Source: an uncultured Candidatus Saccharibacteria bacterium (GTDB taxonomy: Bacteria > Patescibacteriota > Minisyncoccia > UBA6257 > XYB1-36-10). From it: a stretch of DNA of 64,000 nucleotides. The position numbers were made by a program, and so were the translations under genes. The notes beneath the pieces are model-generated. The model had not been told where the DNA came from and made no database searches. It saw only the letters and a program-made list of their open reading frames with translations. Of the stretch, positions 1-7,891 are shown piece by piece. The number at the start of each line of letters is the position of its first letter. Position 1 is the first letter of the stretch. The stretch is taken from NCBI GenBank assembly GCA_964362215.1, contig CAYIDJ010000002.1, positions 911 through 64,910 of the forward strand, given 5' to 3'.

Positions 1-1755
1 GATAGCCGACATTCCTACAGAAAGAGGAACGTTACTTTCTTCAGCGGTGAAGAAGGCCAGACCCGAGGGGATGGGGGTGGGTGGGACGCGAGTTGGAGTC
101 GCGGTGCGGGTGGAGGTGGGCGGGACGCGAGTCGCGGTTGGACGTGGCGTCGCGGTGTTGGCGGGAGTGGCGGTGTTAGTGCCGGTCGGCGTAGCGGTGG
201 CAGTCGGTGTCGGGGTATTGGTCGTGCCAATACTTAAAGCCGACGTTGATGTCGGGGTGGCGGTGGGTTGGGGATCGACCACCGAAAACATTAATATTTG
301 AATTCGGGGTCGATTCTCGCTGTTAAAGGCGAGAATGGAGATTTCAAATTCTCCCGTCGCTGATGTTATCAGCGTGGCGAGGATGGCGCCAGCACTTTCA
401 TTAATGATGGAGATTTCGTCTCCAAACACTAAGAGATCCGCTGGGCGGCCGGATGGTTCGGCGGCGGTGATGAGAATAGACACACCCTGTGTTCCTTGAA
501 GAATGTTTTCCAAGGAACGTGAGCCGAACAGAAATGTAGAGATGATAATGTTCGGTGTGGAGGGGGTGGTGGTGGGGGATGGAGCGGGGGTTGCGGTTGG
601 CACCGAGGTCACGATCGGTTCCGGTTCGGCGACTGTAGGAGTCGCGGTGGCCGGGACTGGTGTGAAAGTCGGTGTTTGAGTCGCGGTGGCTATCGGTATA
701 GGCGTTGATGTCACCGTTGGGGTGGGGGTGGGAGTCGAAGGAGACTCAAATGGGAGCACATCGATTATCACGTCTCCGCTTTGAGTCATTGAATTGCTGT
801 TGTTACGCTCGGTTACATACCAGTGGATGATATCTACTCCGCTAAAACCTCTGTTTGGGACATAGGTAAAACTTCCGGTGCGGTTCATCACAGTGATGTC
901 ACTTTCTTCCCAATGCCCAAACTCTGGTGGGGGGATTATGAAGAAAGATAACGGATCACCTTCTGGATCGGTGGCGGGCAATAGAATGGGTAAAGGCGTG
1001 TTTATATAAGTCCTTACCCTCATCTGTCTGCTGATAACAGGAAGTCTGTTTTGTCCGCCGGAGCCGCTGCTGCCGCCCGAAGGGGCGGGAGTCGCGGTGG
1101 GCGGTACTGGCGTTGCGGTGGGCGAGCTTCCGCCACTTCCGCCGGATGGGGTGGAAGTAGGTGGTACCGGAGTGGCAGTAGGTGAACCACTACCTCCACC
1201 GGATGGGGTGGAAGTGGGCGGTACGGGAGTCGCGGTGGCGGTTGGAGAGTAAGTAAACTCTCCAGCGCTGCGGCTGACGCCGTCCACTGTCAGGTTTCCG
1301 ATGTACAAACTACCACCTCCTGATTTAAGAAAGGTGATTTCTTGGACATAGAATAGTGGACTTGCATAGTTTAGGAAGGGCGTAGAAAGACCACCGGCGG
1401 TGCCGATAGTAGCCCAATCGAAACTACTGCTTGTCTGAATACTGTTTAGTGAGGCGCCAGTTCCCGCGTACGGAATGCTACCGTTACTGTAAAACGTATG
1501 AAAGAAGTTAAGCGGTGGGCTGGCCCAAGAACTACCAGCGGAATTGTAGCTCACGATGTTGTGGAATAAACCTGGCTGGTCAGCTTTTCTGATAACAATA
1601 TGGGTTATCAGGGCGGCATCCCCCCTAATTTCTAGAGAAACGCCGAAACTGTTAAGGGTGGCGCCGGAGCTGATGGTTAACGCTGATGTTGGTGTTGCCG
1701 AAAAGAATACTAACAATACTGCCAATACTAATGCGGTGATCGGTGTTGCTTTCAT
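1..1755 (-). CDS. large secreted Thr/Pro-rich repeat surface protein (start at 1755, runs off window start; 5' partial of window only)
   Basis: Reverse-strand ATG at 1753-1755 preceded by GGAGAAGGA Shine-Dalgarno sequence. N-terminus MKATPITALVLAVLLVFFSATPTSALT looks like a signal peptide. The frame is open to position 1 (last 20 codons checked: LAFFTAEESNVPLSVGMSAI). Linker repeats TATPVPPTSTPSGG recur. Absent from the ORF track because no stop lies within the window. Confidence 0.6.
   Translation of the reverse strand, partial: MKATPITALVLAVLLVFFSATPTSALTISSGATLNSFGVSLEIRGDAALITHIVIRKADQPGLFHNIVSYNSAGSSWASPPLNFFHTFYSNGSIPYAGTGASLNSIQTSSSFDWATIGTAGGLSTPFLNYASPLFYVQEITFLKSGGGSLYIGNLTVDGVSRSAGEFTYSPTATATPVPPTSTPSGGGSGSPTATPVPPTSTPSGGSGGSSPTATPVPPTATPAPSGGSSGSGGQNRLPVISRQMRVRTYINTPLPILLPATDPEGDPLSFFIIPPPEFGHWEESDITVMNRTGSFTYVPNRGFSGVDIIHWYVTERNNSNSMTQSGDVIIDVLPFESPSTPTPTPTVTSTPIPIATATQTPTFTPVPATATPTVAEPEPIVTSVPTATPAPSPTTTPSTPNIIISTFLFGSRSLENILQGTQGVSILITAAEPSGRPADLLVFGDEISIINESAGAILATLITSATGEFEISILAFNSENRPRIQILMFSVVDPQPTATPTSTSALSIGTTNTPTPTATATPTGTNTATPANTATPRPTATRVPPTSTRTATPTRVPPTPIPSGLAFFTAEESNVPLSVGMSAI
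1078..1250 (-). repeat. about 60-bp tandem coding repeat (3 units) encoding TATPVPPTSTPSGGSG linkers
   Basis: Three near-identical units (gggagtcgcggtgggcggtac... / ccggatggggtggaagt...) are visible directly in the sequence. Confidence 0.6.
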
Positions 1756-1893
1756 TTTCCTTCTCCTTTTTTTTGGAATTTTTTCCAATATTTAGTTATC
1801 TAAGAACCGGTCAGATTATAGGATATTTTTATTGTAATGTCAACAATGCGGGCTATCGGCTGATAATTTGCAGTTGGTAGAAAAATAGAGGAA

Positions 1894-2000
1894 ACTGGAT
1901 TCCCGCTTTCACGGGAATGACAGAGGAGGGGACTGGATTCCAGCTTCCGCTGGAATAACAAGGCGGAAGGGATGGATTCCAGCTTTCGCTGGGACCCGCC
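1894..2000. repeat. tandem array of three about 38-bp hairpin units (GGACTGGATTCCCGCTTTC-GCGGGAATGACA family)
   Basis: Units at 1894-1922, 1931-1960 and 1971-2000 each form an 8-bp stem ATTCCNGC/GCNGGAAT with flanks GGACTGG and TGACA. Related copies occur at 4418, 12485 and 39885. Confidence 0.7.
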
Positions 2001-2041
2001 CAACGGAGTTGTTCGGGCAAGTGACAGAAAAGGAGAGGGAG

Positions 2042-2070
2042 TTGACAAGGGTTTTTATATGGTATATAAT
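2042..2070 (+). promoter_or_regulatory. sigma70-like promoter (TTGACA-17-TATAAT) for the 2132 gene
   Basis: TTGACA at 2042-2047, 17-nt spacer, TATAAT at 2065-2070. Confidence 0.55.
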
Positions 2071-2131
2071 ACGGCGGAATTAATATTCAGTCGGTTAGGG
2101 CGTTTATTTATTAGGTTTTAAGCAATAATTT

Positions 2132-3808
2132 ATGATTAATAAGTTTGTAGGTTTGTTAGTGGTCGGTTTGGTTATTACCAGCTTGTTTTCGGGTGCGCCG
2201 GTGGTCGTGGCGGCAAGCGTAACTCCAGCAAACGGCGGGCAGAATCTGCCAACTGGGTCGGGATTTGTGAATTTAACTAATGTGTTTATCAGTGAGGTAG
2301 TGGGAGGGGAGATAAGCGTGGGAACGCACATAATTAACCTTCCGGCCGGATGGGAATTTGATACCAGCGGCACGGTTGAGATTGTCACTACAAGTTCGCT
2401 TATGGTGATTTCTCCTACTTCACTTAATCCGGGAGCGAGTTCTTTTTCGTTTCAGATACAGTCGCCGTCAGTGCCGGCTTCTGATTTAGCGATTAAATCA
2501 ATGCGGGTGCGGCCGACGGGAACGGCGGGTGGCAATATCACTCACAGCGGCGCGGCGATTACCGGAATTGTAAATGGCGCGACGAGTTTGGGAGCGTTGT
2601 CAGTGGCGGGTGGTGGCGGAGGCGGTTCATCTTCCGTGGGGCCGCTTTTGGCGGCTGGTGGCGGGGGAGCGGGAGCGCCGATTGTTCCGCCCAGTGGTAT
2701 TTCCGTTCGTATTAACAACGGAGCGGAGACGACTAACAGCCGAACGGTAACGCTTTATATCGTAGCCACTTATGCCGGTGATATGATAATCGCTAACGAC
2801 GAGCCGATTTTTGAAAATTCCGTGCTGGAGTCGTTCGCGGAGCGTAAGACGTGGACATTGTCGGCGGGGGCGGGCGAGAAGCGAGTGCACATAAAGTTCC
2901 GCAGTCCGACCGGCGTTTATTCGGAAGCGGTTTCCGATTCTATCCGGTATGAGCCGGCCGCGGTGGCAGCGCCGATGCCGGAACCGGGTTCGCCCGACGT
3001 CAATATTGATGGAACGATTGATATTGGGGACGCGGCGACGGTTATCACCGGCTGGAACAATGCGGGAGCGACTGACATCAACCGTGATGGAGTTACGGAC
3101 ATAAAAGATTTCAACGCGGTGATGGCGGGGTGGGATGGGGCGGTTCCTTCCACTCGCAGCGGCGCGGCGGACACGATTTTCAGATTGTCTCCGATTATTA
3201 CCGAGGCACGCACTGGCGGGCAGGTGGCGGTGACAATTGAAGTTCTGCCGGGTTCAAACCCAATTTATACTACCCGTTTAGTGCTTAACTATTCGGCGAA
3301 TATGCTGGAGGTGGCACAAGTGAGTTATGAAAACGGATGGATGCCTTTATCTATCGGAATTAACGCGTCGGACGCGGCCGGCACATTGGTGCGGACGGCT
3401 GGGTTCCCTCGCGGATTGGATTCAAACCGGAATTTTATGAGAGTGGTGTTTAATGCCAAGCGGCCGGGGACGGCAACGGTGTCCGTTAACAGCGGCTCGG
3501 TGGCAATGGATGGACGCGGCTTAAATGAGTTTGGCGGCGGATTGGCGCAGACGGCGATAACGATTACCGGTACGCCAGTGGCGGCCGCGACGATAGTGAC
3601 GCCGGCGGCGAGAGTAACTTCGGTAGCGCCGACGGCGGGAACTGAAGCAGAAGCGCCGGTAACAGAGACAACGGAACAGCCGGTACAGCCGTTAGGAGCT
3701 TTGGTGGTGGATTTGTTTAGCAATTTGTCACCGGCGGCGTACGCGGCGGCGATAGCGATTTTGGCGGCGGCCGGATATGGGGCCAGACGGTGGTTTATGC
3801 CGTTCTAA
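2132..3808 (+). CDS. secreted Gly-rich cell-surface protein with dockerin-like Ca-binding repeats and C-terminal hydrophobic anchor
   Basis: Signal peptide MINKFVGLLVVGLVITSLFSGAPVVVAAS. Poly-Gly linkers. DVNIDGTIDIGDAATVITGW and DINRDGVTDIKDFNAVMAGW match dockerin type-I repeat logic (DxNxDGxIDxxD). C-terminal AAYAAAIAILAAAGYGA transmembrane-like tail. Confidence 0.6.
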   Translation: MINKFVGLLVVGLVITSLFSGAPVVVAASVTPANGGQNLPTGSGFVNLTNVFISEVVGGEISVGTHIINLPAGWEFDTSGTVEIVTTSSLMVISPTSLNPGASSFSFQIQSPSVPASDLAIKSMRVRPTGTAGGNITHSGAAITGIVNGATSLGALSVAGGGGGGSSSVGPLLAAGGGGAGAPIVPPSGISVRINNGAETTNSRTVTLYIVATYAGDMIIANDEPIFENSVLESFAERKTWTLSAGAGEKRVHIKFRSPTGVYSEAVSDSIRYEPAAVAAPMPEPGSPDVNIDGTIDIGDAATVITGWNNAGATDINRDGVTDIKDFNAVMAGWDGAVPSTRSGAADTIFRLSPIITEARTGGQVAVTIEVLPGSNPIYTTRLVLNYSANMLEVAQVSYENGWMPLSIGINASDAAGTLVRTAGFPRGLDSNRNFMRVVFNAKRPGTATVSVNSGSVAMDGRGLNEFGGGLAQTAITITGTPVAAATIVTPAARVTSVAPTAGTEAEAPVTETTEQPVQPLGALVVDLFSNLSPAAYAAAIAILAAAGYGARRWFMPF

Positions 3809-3966
3809 CTAGATAATAGATGGAAGATATAAGATAGAGAGAGGAGAGATTCTTCACTGCGTTCAGAATGACAGAAAGGGAGCGGAAATATTATAGATAA
3901 GATAAAAATCCGTCTCGACCTCAAGTCGGGGCGGATTTTTGTTGACGGGGAGGGGAAGGAGGATTT

Positions 3967-4410
3967 ATGATGAAGGCAGAAATTTTAAAATCATATTTTG
4001 AAGGTAAAGGAGGAAATAGCGCCATGATTTCATTTAATAAGGCAAAACGACAAAGTACGTGGCTGGATATAATTTTAAAGGAGCCGGAGTATTTTGGTGA
4101 ACCATATGTTTTAGAATTTGAGAAAGAAGTGGTGCTGGATGTGACGAATTTTGAAGTTCTAAACGATGTTTTAGGCGACCGGATGAATGAAGGAGTAAGA
4201 AAGTTGGTGGTTGATATGGGAAACGTCAGCCGTATGACCGCTAATGCTTTAGCGGTACTAACCGCCAAGAACGAAGAGTTTAAAGCGAAGGGCGGGGAGA
4301 TAGTGCTGGCTAACCTAACTTTGTTAATGGAGAATTTTTTAAGAGAATTGCACTTTGATACGATTTTCCGTATTTTTGGAAGTGTGGAGGAGGCGATGGA
4401 CTTATTTTAA
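3967..4410 (+). CDS. STAS-domain protein (anti-sigma-factor antagonist SpoIIAA-like)
   Basis: Strong GGAGGA Shine-Dalgarno sequence. Segment VVDMGNVSRMTANALAVLTAKNEEFKAKGGEIVLANL...FDTIFRIFGSVEEA is typical STAS architecture. Confidence 0.55.
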   Translation: MMKAEILKSYFEGKGGNSAMISFNKAKRQSTWLDIILKEPEYFGEPYVLEFEKEVVLDVTNFEVLNDVLGDRMNEGVRKLVVDMGNVSRMTANALAVLTAKNEEFKAKGGEIVLANLTLLMENFLRELHFDTIFRIFGSVEEAMDLF

Positions 4411-4417
4411 TGAAGAG

Positions 4418-4448
4418 GACTGGATTCCTGCTTTCGCAGGAATGACAC
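4418..4448. repeat. single copy of GGACTGGATTCC..GGAATGACA hairpin repeat immediately after STAS gene stop
   Basis: gactggattcctgctttcgcaggaatgacac. Confidence 0.65.
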
Positions 4449-4562
4449 GGAAGTAAAAGATAAATCCCGGAGATGATATCAAAGGGATTTTTTATTTTGG
4501 AAGCGAAGCCTGCCTACGCTCTGTCGAGCTTCGGCGGGGCGAAGTGGTATAATGAAAAGCAA

Positions 4563-5426
4563 ATGAGGAAGATATTTTTTATCGCAGTGATGGTGGTGGC
4601 GGTGGGGGGAGTTTGGTGGTGGGGACAACAAAACGGTATTTCCTGGCGAGAACTGCCGGCAGAGTTTATGGCGCTGGTTGAGGATTCTTTTAAGCGGGAA
4701 GTGGAGTGGAAGACGACGACGATAGGAGAGAATCGGAAGTTTACGGCGGATGTGCCGGAGAATTGGGAGGCGACGATTAGCGGGAACGGGCTTACCCTTT
4801 CCAGTCCGGAGTTAGGAGAGACAATAAAGATTGAAACAGCTTCAACAACGGTGACGTTGCCGGTGGAGGAAGTCAGCCGGAGCGAGACGGTTCAGGTTGG
4901 GGGGCAGGAAGCGGTGGTGGTGCGGGGAGAAGGAGAAGAACCGGATACGGCTTATGTGCCTTTGCCGGACGGGACGCAAGTAGTGGTGACGGGCAAGGGG
5001 GAAGTATTTGAAGAAACATATAAGCGGATTGACCCGACACCGAACGAGCCGGACTGGAAACTGTTGGGAGTGGAGGCGCCGGAGACGGAGAGAATCGCGG
5101 CGGTACTGGACGAGTATTTGCCGAAGTTCGCGCCGGAACCGGCGGCGGCCGGAAAAAAATGGCAGAGCGAGGCGGTAGTCAGAATTATCGGACAACCGTT
5201 CGCTTATGTGGGATATGGGGATGGGGAAAGTAAACAGACGCTGATTATTAATTTGATGACGCCAGCAGGAGAGGTACCGGCGACTATCGGCTATTACAAA
5301 ACGGAAATAAAACAACAAGGAGGAAAGTGGGTGGTGATGGGTTCGCCGGACAAGGCAATTGCGATTTTGCCGGAGGCGGCGGCGGGATACGCGAAGGGGA
5401 GTGGCGGCACGTGGGAGAAGAAGTAG
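4563..5426 (+). CDS. hypothetical membrane-anchored protein
   Basis: ORF with N-terminal transmembrane helix (KIFFIAVMVVAVGGVWWWG). ATG at 4563 chosen over the longer track start. No recognisable domain. Confidence 0.45.
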   Translation: MRKIFFIAVMVVAVGGVWWWGQQNGISWRELPAEFMALVEDSFKREVEWKTTTIGENRKFTADVPENWEATISGNGLTLSSPELGETIKIETASTTVTLPVEEVSRSETVQVGGQEAVVVRGEGEEPDTAYVPLPDGTQVVVTGKGEVFEETYKRIDPTPNEPDWKLLGVEAPETERIAAVLDEYLPKFAPEPAAAGKKWQSEAVVRIIGQPFAYVGYGDGESKQTLIINLMTPAGEVPATIGYYKTEIKQQGGKWVVMGSPDKAIAILPEAAAGYAKGSGGTWEKK

Positions 5427-5431
5427 GTTTT

Positions 5432-5536
5432 AGTAAAAGATAATTGTTTGTGAGACACGTGTATTTTCTGGCTGGAAAATCACTCTGATTCGCACCGCCG
5501 TGCTCCGCGCGGTCTCACAAACAATTATCTTTTACT
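5432..5536. repeat. long palindromic element, family B (perfect about 24-bp stems flanking conserved core CTCTGATTCGCACCGCCGTGCTCCGCGCGGTC)
   Basis: aaaagataattgtttgtgagac ... gtctcacaaacaattatctttt is perfectly self-complementary. The loop is nearly identical to the copy at 42665-42776. Confidence 0.7.
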
Positions 5537-5606
5537 GTACACTTGGCTCTGGCGAATGTTTTTGTCGATTGGATTGTGCCGAGGGGAAAGAAATTATATT
5601 TAAGAT

Positions 5607-5656
5607 AGCCTGCCTAAATTTTTACATGAGTAAAAAATTAGGCAGGCTTTAATTTT
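5607..5656 (+). terminator. hairpin terminator-like element (AGCCTGCCTAAATTTTT...AAAATTAGGCAGGCTTT)
   Basis: 17-bp stem followed by T-rich tract. Same GCCYGCC..GGCRGGC hairpin type as at 22835, 35080 and 58190. Confidence 0.4.
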
Positions 5657-5733
5657 TATACACAACCGAAGGCAGATTTTAGTTTCGGTTTGTGGTAAAA
5701 TTACGAAGGCGGTTAGAAATAATTTTTTATAAA

Positions 5734-6627
5734 ATGAATTTGTTTGATTTTAAGGAGCAGGGAATATTTGCGATGGCAGCGCTGGACCATCGGCGGAGTT
5801 TGATGAAGATGCTGGGGAGTGGCGGCAAGCGGAAAATGACGGAGTGGAAAGAAGAAGCGTTGGGTGGCCTTGCGGGGGTGGCGTCGGGAGTGTTGCTGGA
5901 TATGGAATACGGATTGCCGGCTTACCGGAAGTTAAAATTAAACAAGCCGTTTTTGTTGGCGATGGAGGCGAGCGGGTGGACGGGAACGGAAAATAATCGC
6001 CGGACGCGGCTGGCGCACTCGGCGAGAGAGATAAGAGAGGCGGGGGCGGGGGGAGCAAAGTTACTGGTTTATTATAATCCGGCGGCGAAGGGGGCGGGGG
6101 AAGTGAAAAAGACAGTGGCGCGGGCGGCGGAGCAGTGCCGAAGAGAGGAAATTCCGTTTTTGCTGGAAGTGATGACGTATAAAGTTGACGGGAGAGAAAA
6201 AAAAGCCGACTTGATTATTAAATCAATAAAAGAATTAGAGACGGGGAAAGTGGATGTATGGAAGCTGGAGTTTCCGGGAGACGCTAAAACGGCGGCAGGA
6301 AGGAAAAAAGCGGCAGAGGCGTGCCGGAAAATAACGGAGGTGCTTGGAGACAGACAATGGATACTGCTTTCGGCAGGAGATGATTTTAACGTGTTTAAGA
6401 GGCAGGTTGATGTGGCGACGGCGAATGGGGCGGCGGGGTTTTTGGCGGGTAGGGCTTTGTGGAAAGATTTTGGAAAATATAAGAATAGGAAAAAGTTTTT
6501 TACGGGAGTAACAAGGAGGCGTTTAGAGCAAATCAAAAAAATAGTGGTGGAAAATAAAGGGGGACACACTGACGTTTTTAGTCGTAGTTTCGGTCGGAGT
6601 TTGTGGTGGAAGGAGTTGTGGAGGTAG
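5734..6627 (+). CDS. class I aldolase, LacD/tagatose-1,6-bisphosphate aldolase family (likely glycolytic FBP aldolase role)
   Basis: N-terminal FAMAALDHRRSLMKMLG resembles the LacD ALDQRGALKRMM segment. Size is about 300 aa. Start ambiguous (GTG 5692 or ATG 5734). Confidence 0.5.
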   Translation: MNLFDFKEQGIFAMAALDHRRSLMKMLGSGGKRKMTEWKEEALGGLAGVASGVLLDMEYGLPAYRKLKLNKPFLLAMEASGWTGTENNRRTRLAHSAREIREAGAGGAKLLVYYNPAAKGAGEVKKTVARAAEQCRREEIPFLLEVMTYKVDGREKKADLIIKSIKELETGKVDVWKLEFPGDAKTAAGRKKAAEACRKITEVLGDRQWILLSAGDDFNVFKRQVDVATANGAAGFLAGRALWKDFGKYKNRKKFFTGVTRRRLEQIKKIVVENKGGHTDVFSRSFGRSLWWKELWR

Positions 6628-6789
6628 GTGTGTTTGAGTGGAGTTAAGGTAGCTGTCTTTTTACAAAAAAAGACAGCTTTTGATTTTTAGGAGCGGTGTT
6701 GTTGTTGACTGATTTTGATGGATGTGGTATACTAATTGAAGTTAAATAACTTTGATAATAAAAAAATAAATAAATAAGGGAGAAAAAAG

Positions 6790-7728
6790 ATGATAAGGAA
6801 AGCGGATGGAAAGAAGTTGCCGGTGATTGACGGGAAGTTGGTAGCGCATCTTGACCGGTGCGGGCGATTGATACGGCGAGCGCACATTGCTGTGGTAGCC
6901 ACGGTTTTCTTTTTACTGGCGAGTTTGTGCGCCGTTTACGTGACTCTTTCGGGAGTGTTTGTGGGAGTGGCGGCATACTATTTATTGTATGTTGATGGGT
7001 TTTTTGCCGCGGCAACTGTAATAAGTGCCGGACTTGTTTTCTGGTGGTTTAGAAAAGCTAGAAAGAACCGAGTGGGGGTGGAGATGATAAAGATTCGCTA
7101 TCAGCCGGGAGGAAAGAGCGAGGAGTTTATTATTATTTTTCCGGCTGACGGGAAGCCGCCTATTGAAGTGCCTTTCGTTGAGTTTAAAAAATTAGGCGGA
7201 AGGCACAAAATACCGCCGGTGTGTTATTATCGGGCGCCGGGCAAGACGACTGTGATTGCCTCTTGGAAGTTCTCGGTTATAGAAATGGAGTGTTTTGTTT
7301 TTATATGCGAGGATGCTTCGCCGGCGGCTTTGTTTAGATTCTGTCCAAAACCTCTAAAAGGAGCTGGTTTTGTTGAGCAAATGGAACTAGTTTTGGGAGA
7401 ATGGCTATCAAACAAATGCAGTGCCTGTAATGACGAGAAGCGAGTTTGGAAGCGGTTGGAAGCAGTAGGAGAATGCTTAAAACATAATAAGTATATTCCT
7501 TTCCGTTGCGGATTTTCAATTGAGGTGAAGGTTCGTAAAATACTGATGGACGGAAGGATGGTTTGGTCGGATGATATTATAATAAGAATATCAAAAAAAG
7601 CTCTTCGTGATATTCTGCGTCCCGGTAATCTGTGGCAACAAAGAGCTAAGAAAAGATTGCCGATGGGCAGAATTGAGCTAGTGGAAGATGACGATGTGAA
7701 AAAAAGAGTACATTCAGCCCTGCGTTAG
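6790..7728 (+). CDS. hypothetical membrane protein with Cys-rich C-terminal region
   Basis: Two N-terminal transmembrane helices. CSACN and CLKHNKYIPFRC motifs. No recognisable family. Confidence 0.45.
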   Translation: MIRKADGKKLPVIDGKLVAHLDRCGRLIRRAHIAVVATVFFLLASLCAVYVTLSGVFVGVAAYYLLYVDGFFAAATVISAGLVFWWFRKARKNRVGVEMIKIRYQPGGKSEEFIIIFPADGKPPIEVPFVEFKKLGGRHKIPPVCYYRAPGKTTVIASWKFSVIEMECFVFICEDASPAALFRFCPKPLKGAGFVEQMELVLGEWLSNKCSACNDEKRVWKRLEAVGECLKHNKYIPFRCGFSIEVKVRKILMDGRMVWSDDIIIRISKKALRDILRPGNLWQQRAKKRLPMGRIELVEDDDVKKRVHSALR

Positions 7729-7891
7729 CGGGGCTTTTTATTTTTAATTATTTTAGTAAAAACACAAAATAAAATATATGTTTTATTTTATTGCAGGAAC
7801 GTTTTTTATTCTGTGTTGTAAAGCCGCGTGTTTTATGGTTAATTTAAAAATAGAAGTTTGAGAATAAAAAACAGCGGAAGGGAGAAGGGTG

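Noticed and set aside
15-301. ORFs 47..301(+) and 15..230(-)
   Set aside because: Alternative frames over the GC-rich repeat region of the large minus-strand secreted-protein gene. Low-complexity PRP/GV-rich translations.
1894-2000. Considered whether the three regularly spaced hairpin units form a CRISPR array
   Set aside because: Units are degenerate copies of one dispersed REP-like hairpin. The intervening 9-11 nt segments are not spacer-sized and are related to each other. No cas genes or leader are present.
5692-5733. Longer GTG-initiated N-terminus for the aldolase gene
   Set aside because: Neither start has a Shine-Dalgarno sequence, and the extension (MVKLRRRLEIIFYK) overlaps terminator-like hairpins. 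The start remains uncertain, so the shorter ATG call was reported.
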